Source: the human T2T-CHM13v2.0 reference genome, Homo sapiens. Taken from it: a stretch of DNA of 64,000 nt. Positions 44,660 to 55,750 of the stretch are shown piece after piece. How positions within the stretch are numbered: position 1 is the stretch's first letter; the number at the start of each line of letters is the position of its first letter. The DNA lies in assembly GCF_009914755.1 (NCBI RefSeq), contig NC_060931.1; one strand, written 5' to 3'. The notes below the pieces were generated by a model. That model ran no database searches. It saw only the letters and a list, made by a program, of their open reading frames with translations, and was not told the DNA's origin. The position numbers and the translations under genes were made by a program.

Positions 44660-45620
44660 AAATCACAATGTGGCCTTTGTACGATTTTACTTGGATTTTC
44701 TTTTTGGAATCTGTTGACTGCTTGGATATAAAATGTGGGGTTTTGACAAATTTTTGCAAGTTTTCAGCTATTAGTTGTTACTTTTGCACCCCATTTAATT
44801 TTTCTGTCCCTTCACTCTTTCTAGGACACAATCTGCCCACAGATTGTAAGACTCTGTTCATTTTCTTCAAACTTTTTTTACTCTTTTTTTCAGATTGAAT
44901 AATTTCAATTGTTCTGTCTTTTTCTAATCTATGAATCAACCTAAAAGTACTATTTAAAATTTCATTATCTTTCTATTTGGTTCTTTTTAATAATGTGCAT
45001 TTCTCTGCTGAGATTCCACATGTATTCATTCATTATGAGAATTTTTTTTCTTCACCCCATGACTATAGTTTTAATAGCTGCTCTCAAATACTTGACTGCT
45101 GATAACAACATCTTGGACATTTTGGGGATAGCTTTTAATGCCTATGTTTTATCTTGTGTATGGATAACATTTTTGTGTTTCTTCTCATGTCTCTTAAATT
45201 TTAAAATTGTATTTTAAAAACTGTAAATAATACTTATAGAGACTCTGGATCCTGTTGTATTCCTTTGAAGAGTGTTGTTAGTTTTTGAAGAGGGAGTTAA
45301 TTTGGCTGGATTCAAATTCAAATGCCTGTCTCCCTTTCAGTGGGCACAGCTAAAATTATCATTCGCTTCTTATCCCCACATATATCATATGTATGATATA
45401 TAGATGTGTGTTTCTATATAATATATGACATTGTATCCAGATTTTACCATTATTTGTAAGAGTAGTGTTCAACAAGCTACTCCACTATTACTGAAAGCCA
45501 AAACCTCAATTTTATATTCTTTTTGGATTTTACATAAATGACATTATATAGTATGTATACTTTTACATATACTTTCTTTTGTACATCATATTTGTAATAT
45601 TCATCAATCCTGCTGTAGAT
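44660..45620 (-). mobile_element. Old L1M fragments
   Basis: T-rich antisense L1-like sequence (caagttttcagctatt, tttctatttggttcttttt, tttctctgctgagatt); boundaries approximate. Confidence 0.6.
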
Positions 45621-45675
45621 ATGTAAGTACTGAGATTACAGGCATGAGCCAACGTGCTCAGCCTAAAATATTTTA

Positions 45676-45945
45676 GGAGGTTAAGGTGGGAGGATCACTT
45701 GTGGCTGGGAATTTTAGACCAGCCTGGGCAATAGAGTGAGACCCTCTCTCTACAAAAAAATTAAAAATTAGCCAGGCACGGTGGCATGTGCCTGCTATTC
45801 CAGCTACTCAGAAGACTGAGGCAGAAAGATCAGTTGAGCCCATAAGTTCAAGGCTACAGGAAGCAATGATTGCACTCCTGCACTCCCGTCTGGGTAACAG
45901 AGCAAGACTCTGTCTCTTAAAAAATAATATAAAAATTTAAAATAA
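45676..45945 (+). mobile_element. AluJ-type element (with a short antisense Alu end at ~45626-45664 and L1M 3' sequence at ~45950-46210)
   Basis: ggaggatcacttg...cagcctgggcaa...agttcaaggctacag AluJ diagnostics. Confidence 0.85.
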
Positions 45946-47509
45946 TTTTATACATTATGTTAAAATACACATAAAATTAACTATTTTAACCATTTTAAAG
46001 GTTTCCATTGAGATGAATTAAGTACACTCATTATTTTGCTACCATCATTTCCATATATAAAAAGCATATTCCATTTTTTGAAACTGAAACTGTACCCATT
46101 AAACAACTCCTTATTCTCCCTGTAGCCCCTGGGAAACACTCTCCTACTTGGTGTTTTCTATGACTTTAACTACTCTTAAGTACCACATATGAGAAGAATC
46201 ATATAGTAAAGAAATCATGAGGAAGAATGATAAAAAATGTATCACATGCTTATTAATTTTCAATAAAAACACCAACAGAGATCAGTAGTACCTGTTGATT
46301 ATAAATAAACAGATAAATGAGAAAAAGGAATTGGCAGTGTGCATTGTATTTATGACAATGGGGCCTCAAGTACCATAGCAGTGAGTCCTCTGCCCCAGGC
46401 ACAGGGCTGGTCAGTGGTGGAGCTGGAAGCCCAGTGTAGCTGTCTGACACCCGGATCCCATGCCTAACCCAAATGTCACTGAGCCCTAAGGCACTTCGCT
46501 CCTGCTGGTCCAGGCAGTGTCCCCTAAGATTCATCATGGCATGTTCTCCATGGCCTTAAGGAGTTGCTGGCCTACTGGGATAAGCGATCCAGCTGGCAGG
46601 ACAGGTTGTAGCTACAAGTCATAGAGGCAGATGTGAGGTCTCTATGTAGGAGCCACACCCCTAGTCTCCTTCCCAGTGCCTGCCCAGCTGGAGTGCTGGG
46701 CCCCTGGGGTCACCATGCAGCAGGGCCTGACACTGACCAGGGAGCCATGGCCACAGGCTCTTGGCAGCTGGCCCAAAATAAATATTCTCCATAACCTCTG
46801 CCGATCTGCTGGACCCTCACCTCTCAGTCTCACTGAGCCACTCCGTTAACTGGAGGCAGACCCAAAATTGCTCCACAGGCTGAAGGTGATAATTGTCTAC
46901 AGCCAGCTGAAGCAGCTGCATCTCCTGGAGAACTTTGATCTCCTGCAGCTAAAGGGGGGGACAAGTGGAAGATGCGGATAGGAGGGTCCAGGAGACAGGG
47001 GATTATGAGATTTCAGGGGACAGGCCTCGAAGGGACACCCAAAAGTGAGTAGTCATCCCCATCACCACCCGACAGCACAGGGTGTTGCCTCCATCCTGGG
47101 CACATTTTCCAGTTATCTGGTGATGGGAGACCCTGCCAGAAAGGATTATATGGATGGGAGTGAGCCTGGGATGGGCAGGGCTGGAACCAGAATCCTGAGG
47201 CTTGGGAGAAGAGAATCCAGGACTACACCCTTAGATCTCAGCACTTGGCAAACTTCCTCTCATGAGAGCGTCACGGCTGCCTCTGTGAGCTGAGGTATCA
47301 GGCCCCTCTTCCCTATGAAAGTTGAAGATTCCACACCAGCCACCAGTCCCTGTTCCCTGAGTGATGAAGCTGCAGAGCTGTCTGCTTGCAAAGCCCAGTG
47401 AGGTTTTGCCTGAGCTGGACTCAGACTCTCCCTCAGATGGTGCCAATGGAAGGATAGTAAACTTAGGCCTCTCCAAGGGCAGGCAGCTCGTATGTGGCTG
47501 AGCACTTTT

Positions 47510-47811
47510 GTTTTTTGTTTTTTGGTTTTTTTTGAGATGGAGCCTCCTCTGTCACCCAGGCTGGAGTGCAGTGGCATGATCTTGGCTCACTGCAAACTCC
47601 GCCTCCCAGGTTCAAGCAATTCTCTGCCTCAACCTCCTTAGTAGCTGGGATTACAGGTGCCCACAACCACGCCCAGCTAATTTTTGTATTTTTAGTAGAG
47701 ACGGGGTTTTGCCATCTTGGCCAGGCTGGTCTTGAACTCCTGACCTGGTGATCCACCATCCTCAGCCTCCCAAAGTACTGGGATTACAGGTGTGAGCCAC
47801 CGTGCCTGGCC
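47510..47811 (-). mobile_element. Alu in the inverted RGL4-like intron
   Basis: 15-bp TSD tggctgagcactttt (47495-47509 and 47812-47826). Confidence 0.95.
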
Positions 47812-48829
47812 TGGCTGAGCACTTTTTTAAATGGGAGCCCTCAGTTTTTATGTCTGTCATCAAAGAGAGTTGGGGTGGGAGGTCCCTGAGCCTCAGCTCC
47901 CATTGTCCCCTTTGAACCCCAGAACCTGCTGCAGACCCAAGTCCTGCTTTGTGCACATCCCCTGCCCCTGGTGGCCCTGGCAGTAATGCAGTATGAAGAG
48001 TGTGGGGAGGGGACCTAGTCAGGGTCCAAGGGGCCTTTCTGATGACCATTGGCTGACTTCTAGGGAAATGTAACACCCAGAAAGAAAAGGAAGGTGAGCA
48101 GCTGGGGCAACATTGGGAGAGAGTGGGGAGGTGAAAGTCAGCAACACCCTGTGCTATCAGGTGGTGATGGGGATGAGTATCCACTTTTGGGTGTCCATTC
48201 AAGGCCTGTCCCTGAAATCTCATAAGCCCCCATCTCCTGGACTCTCCTATCCACATCTTTTACTTGAAAAAGCCAAAGACACGCAGCTGCCTCTCTCCAA
48301 CTCTCTCCCCTCTTCCTAGCTGGCCTCCAAAAACATGAAGCACTCCCTTATTAACTCTGTGGTGAGATTTTAACAAGTCACAATGTTATGTGGTCCCTAG
48401 CTCCACCGTTTCCCAAATCCACTCAGCCCAGCTCTTCCAGGCCTTTACTCTGATTTCTCTTATAGAGGCATTTCAGGGACTGTTGCCACAGGAGGGAAGG
48501 GCTGAGGGAGAAAGGCCCCTTGCTCTTTTGATGTGGAGGCCTCCAGCTGGGAGGGAGGAGCTCTTCCCTCTGAATCCCTGGAGCTCTTCCCCATCACAGG
48601 GACCTGCCTTTTTGCTGCTTTAGCCTCATCTGGGCTTTCTGTGGTTTCTTCTCTAGGGTGGCCAACTTGGGTGTCTTCCTCTGCCAGGGTCAAGGACAAG
48701 GTCAGTGATATTATGCTCCCTTCACCCAGTTATGCCCAGTTACATTGACCTGGTACCCTGGATAACTGGTGTGAGTCAAGCTGGTCCAGTGCTCCTGCCA
48801 CCTCCAGTAAACTCTGATTCTAGATTCAC

Positions 48830-49135
48830 TCCCTGCTGCAACACTCACTGTGTGTGGAACCTTGGGCATGCAGCCAGGCCTCCCTGAGACTGTTTCTCAA
48901 CTTGAAAGTGTGATGGGAACCACACCTACCTCACTGGGCCTCGTGAGGACTCAGTTATATGTAGCCATCACCATTGTTCTCATCATCATCTCTCTCAGGA
49001 AGAGCCAGGCACAAGCACTCTCAAATTTTTCTCCTTTGAAGCTCCTCATTACCCTGTGAGGCTCATCATCCCTACATTTTTTAGATAAGAAAACAGAGGC
49101 CCAAAGAGGGCAGTGACTTGCCCAGGGCTCTACAG
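48830..49135. mobile_element. Two MIR fragments
   Basis: tgtgtggaaccttgggca...ctgtttctc...cctacctcactggg (48850-48950); ttttagataagaaaacagaggcccaaagagggcagtgacttgcccagg (49077-49126). Confidence 0.7.
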
Positions 49136-49609
49136 AAGAGGCCGGCTCCTCCCCACACCTGGAGGCCCTGACCTAGCTGACTTTACCCCACAGCCCAGCA
49201 CTATCCCTGACTAGGGTCCCATCTTGGTTCTCCATGCTTGTTTAGGTCCTCAGGCAGGCTCAGCTTTGGTGGGAAAGAGACAGGGTGTTTTGGGAGGCCT
49301 GGGCGAGTGGCACCTCTAACCAATCTGCTAGGCCCTCACCTCTCAGTCTCACTGAGACACTCCATTAATTGGAAGCAGACCCAAAATTGCTTCACAGACT
49401 GAAGGTGATAATTGTCTACAGCCAGCTGAAGCAGCTGCATCTCCTGGAGGACTTTGATCTCCTGCAGCTAAAGGGAAAGACAGGATGCTGAGACAGGGCC
49501 TGCAGCATACACATAACTATAATTCAGAATGTAATATATACACACACACGAAAATATAATCAGAAAGTGATATAATCTTATATGCAAGGTTAAATACAAA
49601 TGTCTCTCA

Positions 49610-49860
49610 GGCAGGGCCAGGCCCCCAGCACAGGGAGGACTCGCCTGAAAACGCTGCAGGCAAAAACCTGTCACCCTTGCCTCATTCAGCCCAGTGTCTG
49701 ATTACATCTTCTGTCACTTAGGATTGAAACGGGTGGGGCCTGGAGCCCTAGCCAATCAGTGGCGCCAGCGTGAAACTGTCCAATCAAGTGCGCAGCTACA
49801 GAGGAAGAGGCGGCCTCTTCAATATGGCGGGGCCTTTGTCTCCTAGCTTCCGGGCTCTGA
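49610..49860 (+). promoter_or_regulatory. Proximal promoter of the second KRAB-ZNF gene
   Basis: GC box gggtggggcc (49731); CCAAT boxes at 49752 and 49780; YY1 site AATATGGCGG (49821-49830); ETS-like CTTCCGG (49847); typical ZNF91-subfamily promoter layout. Confidence 0.85.
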
Positions 49861-50002
49861 TCCTAGTTCGCGTCTCCACTGTTCCATCTCCTCCGTTCCT
49901 GGAGTTCCTCGGTGACTCTACTATAGCTTCTGTTATCCTGTGACCTGCAGGTACTGGGAGATCCATAGGGAGGACGGCGGAACATCTGGAGGCTGGGAAA
50001 TG
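49830..50002 (+). CDS. ZNF736: Exon 1 of a second ZNF91-subfamily KRAB-ZNF gene; only the initiator ATG (50000-50002) is coding; intron 1 runs beyond the window
   Basis: Family-typical 5' UTR (ctgtgacctgcaggtactgggagatccatag) ending gaaATG|GTGAGT; no KRAB-A exon recognised before 64000. Symbol inferred from recalled gene order; TSS approximate. Confidence 0.7.
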
Positions 50003-50418
50003 GTGAGTGCGTGGAGTGGGTGTCCCGAGAATGGGGAAGAGGCTGTTTGAATCCTGCCGGAACCGGCTGCGGTGGTATCTGGGCCTTCTCGCGGTCTGCT
50101 CTGGAGTCTGCATCCCCGAGTCCCCGCGGGCACAGCTCAATCCTCATTTCCCTCCATCGCAGATTAGGGGCTGAGCCAGCAGCCAAAACGCTACGTCTTG
50201 TTTTGTCCCTAAACTCGAATTTCTCCCCAGCTCAGATCCCTTCCTGGGCAGCTCTGTGCCGCAACCTCGAGTCTCCCTCCTCCAGATTGTGTGGGGGTGT
50301 TGGGAGTGTCATAAGACGGGAATTCTCATTTAGGGTCTGGAGTTCCTCCGTGGAAGAAGCAGTGGGCCGTGGGGTCCCTAGTCCCTCCTTTCTCCTTTTA
50401 AAAATAAAATCATGGCCC

Positions 50419-50722
50419 TTTTTTAAATTTATTTATTTTTGAGACAGTGTCTCACTCTGTTGCCCAGGCTAAAGTGCATTTCGGTTCACTGCAGCCTCCA
50501 CCTACTGGGCTCAGATGATCCTCTCACCCCAGCCCCCCAAGTAGCTAGGACTAGAGGGGTGCGCCACCACGCCTATTTTGTTTTGTTTGTTTTTGTAGAG
50601 ACAGGCTTTTGCCATGTTGCTCAGGCTGGTCTCGAACTCCCCGAGCTCAGGTCTCAGGTGATCCGCCCGCCTCGGGCCTCCTAAAGTGCCGGGATTACGT
50701 GCATGACCCACCACCCTAGCCT
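50419..50722 (-). mobile_element. AluJ-type element
   Basis: cactgcagcctc...gggctcagatgatcctctc diagnostics. Confidence 0.9.
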
Positions 50723-50739
50723 AAATTGAGGCAACTTTA

Positions 50740-51121
50740 GGATATAATTTGGATGTGTTTTCCAGCCCAAATCTCCTATTTAAATGTAATCCCCCATGTT
50801 GGAGGTGGGGCCTGGTGGAAGGATTGTGGGCCCGGATTTCTCACGAATAGTTTAGCACCATTCCTCTTGGTATTGTCCTCTCAATAGTGAGTGAGTTCCC
50901 TGAAGTTCATCATTTAGAAGTGTACAGCACCCCACCTTGCCTCTTTTTCAAGCTCTTGCTTCACCTTCATCCATGATTTTAAGCTTTCTGGGTGGGGCCT
51001 CCCCAGAAGCAGACGCTGGTGTTATGCTTTCTATGCAGCCTGTGGAACCATGAGCCAATTAATCCTCTTATAAATTACCCAGTCTGAGGTATTTATAGTA
51101 ATGCCAGAAGCGATTAATACA
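50740..51121 (+). mobile_element. MSTA-type MaLR solo LTR
   Basis: gtaatcccccatgttggaggtggggcctggtgg...ccccagaagcagacgctgg...gattaataca. Confidence 0.88.
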
Positions 51122-51520
51122 AATAGTTTATTTGCACAAACAGTAATTTATCAATCAGAGAACACCCAGCTATGATTTGTTGTTTGGGGGCTCAAAGGAG
51201 GGTCTTGGAACAAAAGGTTGTTTTTTTTTTTTAAGAGGTATGAGGAAGCAAACCAGATTCAATATTTGATTGGTTACAGTTACGTATTGCATTTGCAGCC
51301 CTCCGGTGGAAATGTCCTGGTTATGTAATTAGAGCTTTTTATTGGCAGCTTGTGGTTGGTTAAGCCTAAGTTGTTTTGTTGTTGTTGTTGTTTTTTCTCA
51401 AAGTTAATAATTTACCAGAAATTCCTTCGACGTAGTTAGGTTTCCTTAGGCAGAATCCCAGGGCACCATGGCCACTTCAGCCTAATTGCTAGCTATTTAA
51501 TTATTTTAATGCTCCACAGG
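51122..51520 (-). mobile_element. Probable ERV1-class LTR remnant
   Basis: tttatttg..., tttgattggttacag and ggttggttaagc motifs typical of antisense MER-type LTRs; family not resolved. Confidence 0.45.
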
Positions 51521-54500
51521 GTCGTTGGTTTTCTCTGCATTTTTCAAATGTTTGGCAAGCAGGGTCTCAAATCTAAAACTGTTCTCCCAGCCTAACTGTT
51601 CTAGGGACTGTATAAAATTCTAAATTTCCAATTTCTTTCCCACATTCCCAAATGCCAACTATCCCTCTCCAAATCACATTATGAACTATCAGTTCTTTAT
51701 TTAATTTTAAAACGGATGTGGCATTTTGTTTATTTTTGTTTAACAGAGCCGTGGGTGGCTCTTTTTAATATATTAGTCTGTTTGTGCATATTTCACAGGA
51801 CAGAAAAGCAAAGAGTAGTCACCTGACACTGCGCATCTCCTCTCATCTTCTCTAGGCACGCGCGCCTTCCCAGAATGTCTTTGGATCCTTTGCAGGGTGA
51901 TGTGTCCTCAGTCACTCTCCTGTGTTTTCCTGGTCCAAGTATTACAGCTTTCTGGGGATGATCCAAGATACCCACAAGGACCATATCTCTTGGAGTGTCT
52001 AGCAAACATTAGCCCCTGGGTCATCTCCTTTCAGAGAAGAGCCTGAGGCATTGGGTGGAGCCTCTCAGGGGAGCAGCTGGATGCCCTCGTGCTGAGAGCA
52101 GTTTCCTGATTCACCCTTCCTCTAAAAAGCTAACTGCTTTAACATTAAGATTTTTTTCCCCTCAATCCTAGTTTTCATTTCTTGCAGACACATTGGTGGT
52201 CAACCAATCAGGTGCTGGTATTGAGGGGAAAAGGCACAAATGCATCTTGCCCTCTGGTTTCTCTCAGGCTTGTGAAGGAGAATAACTGTCCCAAAGTACA
52301 GGAAAGATCCACTCTAGTGAGGGAGTGTATAAATTTGCAAAGCAAAATACACATCTGCCACACAGGGGGCAAGTGCAGTATCTTTTGGGAGAGTGATGAT
52401 CAAGTACTTTAGTGAGCAGAATGGGGGTGGGAGAATCTCTCAAGTGATTGACACATGAGTCTAAAACATTTGTGTTCCAGTCAGCACTACTTCTCCCTGT
52501 GTTTGTCACCTTCAATATATATGTTCAGTTATTTCAACTTCAGTTTTTCATTAATTGTATAATGGATTTTATCATTAGAGCTTGAAAGATTAAAAAAAAA
52601 ATTTTCTAAAAGAAAAGAGGTAGATTTTAGAAAAAAATAGTTTATATTCCATTGGTTGAAAATTCTCATTTACCTTTTATATTTCCCACAGTGAGTGTAG
52701 TAAGATTCCGCGTCTGTTCTATTTAGCATGATTTCAAACAGAATCCCAGGGCTTAGCTTTGGGAATGCTACCTGGGAAAAGACAGAGGAAATGTCTCTCT
52801 CATGATGCCTGCAGAAAAATAAATACATTTCTACAAGAAAGTGTGGTAGATTAACACGTAAATTACAAAACATTCATGAAAACATCAGTTTCTCTCTTGT
52901 GCAGGGTGGAGAATTTGTGACAGTGGCCAACTCATTTTTTTAAAAAATTTCTACTTCGTAGGAAGTATTTATGTGTACACAATAAAAAGATATTTCCCAC
53001 CATACATACATATCTTTGCTCAGGTAATATATGTAACCTAAAGCAATATGATTGTCTAGTATAATCGTAGCCAGTGAATCAGTAGCTTTTTTTTGAGCTG
53101 CAATGGATGTAACAGTTTTATCAGTAATTTTTTCTAAGCTTATAAAAATATTTTTAATCATGTGTTCATGGGAGGTGACACCTCACCAAGGCAAAAACAT
53201 TTTTTTCCAATAAAATGAATGAAGCTGTTTTTTGAAAGCCAGGCAGATAATTAGCAGATTTTTTTCAAATAGAATCTTAATCTAAAACAGATTGGTGGCC
53301 ATGCCTGTGGAAAAGTTAGAGAGAATTTGTCCAGTACTGGGTTTTTTCAGAGCTATGTAGAGAGAGCAGTGACCAGATATTTTAAAAGACATTACCCTTC
53401 AATTTAGTGGCACAGGTACTGTCCAAGAAAATCTAATATGGTTCCTTCCAACAAATTTGGAGTAAATCTTCTTCATAAAAGTAGAAAATCAAATTTTATT
53501 TTTATATTATTAATATTAAAGCTAACCTTAGGAAAGCATTATAAACAGATGTATTCAATCTCAATCAGCTTTGACCATACAAGATTTCTGTAAACCTTTT
53601 ATAACCCCTTAAAATTTTATTTTTCTCTTTCTCCAGCTTTCTATATCCATTAAGTTTACCTCATTTTCTTTATCTTTTTTCTCTCAATTTTATGTATTTT
53701 TTAAATAACCTCTAAACTCAGCAAAATTGCCGTTTCTTTAAGAAAAACCACATTCTCACATCTGTTTCTAAAATATTTTTTTTTCATCAAGAAACACATT
53801 TTCTTTGTACTGTGTATGTAAAGTTGTTTCTCTCCTTAACAATAGTTTTAGTTACGAATCTTGGGCAGAATTTTAATTTTTAATAATCTTAATTTATAGT
53901 GAAAGCCTGAGAAGTAAGCAATTTTAACTATTAGTCATGAACTAAAATTTTATAAAGATATATTTTCTAATTTTTAGAAACATAGGATTTTAAATGGAAA
54001 CATTTTTAATGTGGAATAGGGCATACTAACAGATCTAAATATCTTTGGTTTCTGTGAAGAAACCAAAAATATTTAGCTTAAACTTGTATTTAAAAATTAA
54101 TATCTTAGCATTTTGTCTTACTTGGAGATAATTTAGATGTTTAATGAATAGCCATCATTTAATGTAGCTTAGCAACAGTCTACGAGTGTAGTTTCCATAA
54201 AGATTTGAGAAACTATTTAAATTAAACACATTACAAAACAATCAGTATTGTAAGTTTATAAACTTTTGTCCCATTTACATGCTTTATTTATTTATTCTTA
54301 ACAATTATTTTTGTAAAATCTCATGAAACAGACTAATATACTCATCTAAAGTTAAACTTCCTATTATCCATTTTTATATTACCATGTTGGGCAAGTATCA
54401 TAAAAGCAATAAAGTTAAATATATACATATTTTGCTGAGAAGTCAAAAGACTTTTTTAAAATTAAACTAACAATATTAAACTAGTCATGTTTACCAAAAG

Positions 54501-55091
54501 ATTTACTCAATTCACATATTCTTAAAAATATTGGGCTTATTTTTTTAATTCATGACCAGTTATCTTTAAGTTAATTCAGTACCATGTAGATAATACACAA
54601 AGACATTTATAGACATATATATACATGTAGACACAACATATAACTTACTCATGTTTGTATCTAAAAGCCCTAGAGAGGGAGTTCATTGTAAAAGGGAGTA
54701 GAGCTTCAGACCTGAAAAGAAACTGTTTACCCACAACTCTGGGGGCTTCATGAGGAAAAACAGAGGTACCCTGCCAAAAAGGAGAAGCCTGTGGCACTTT
54801 ATCTGTGCTCTTCAAGGGGTCTCAGGCTGCTAGAAGTTTCCTTTAGTTGTCCTCTATAGTGACAAAAGGTTTTAAGTGGAACATGAGACAGATAGAAGTA
54901 AATGGAAGAATTAATTCCAGAGGAGACAGTTTGAGAAGACTTTGTTTTCCAAAAAGCCAGTAAAGTTTTACATTATCCTTGCAAAAATCATGTCGGCAAG
55001 AGAAGAAACGGACACATAGAGATGCTAGTCTAGGGAGAGAGAAATTCAGTTAACTAAAGACCTTATATGGGAAAACCATAGGCCTCAAATA

Positions 55092-55176
55092 CGTATGTAT
55101 ATGTATGTGTGTGTGTGTATATATAAAATATGTGTATGTATGTATGTGTGTGTGTGTATATGTATGTGTGTGTGTG

Positions 55177-55223
<47 letters not shown>
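55092..55223. repeat. Compound (TG)n/(TATG)n/(TA)20 microsatellite
   Basis: Directly visible; pure TA run at 55183-55222. Confidence 0.97.
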
Positions 55224-55226
<3 letters not shown>

Positions 55227-55252
55227 TGACTAAGCCTGACTGTCAATTCTAA

Positions 55253-55750
<498 letters not shown>

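Larger units (their letters stand above)
46572..49461 (-). pseudogene. Unprocessed, internally rearranged RGL4/RalGDS-like (RasGEF/CDC25 C-terminal) pseudogene fragment: exons at 49461-49340 (-, duplicate), 48680-48608 (-), 47081-47155 (+), 48064-48093 (+), 46942-46821 (-), 46611-46572 (-)
   Basis: Exon translations: RKTPKLATLEKKPQKAQMRLKQQK; GVASILGTFSSYLVMGDPARKDYMD; GNVTPRKKRK; EIKVLQEMQLLQLAVDNYHLQPVEQFWVCLQLTEWLSETE(S); YNLSCQLDRLSQ*. These follow RalGDS-family motifs (GxVPYLGTFLTDLVMLD, LSETES|YNLSC; RGL4 VLQEMQLLQ). All exons have AG acceptors; GT donors are intact after three of them. Confidence 0.85.

Noticed and set aside
46572-49461. RGL4-like exons as a functional protein-coding gene
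   Set aside because: N-terminal exons absent, two exons inverted, donors after the 47081-47155 exon (GG) and the 48680-48608 exon are non-canonical
49804-49820. Perfect 7-bp hairpin gaagagg-cgg-cctcttc near the TSS
   Set aside because: Too short to tell from chance
49796-50442. ORFs of 107-143 aa over the ZNF promoter and exon 1
   Set aside because: GC-rich, stop-poor CpG-island sequence; no recognisable domain; they run across the exon 1 donor
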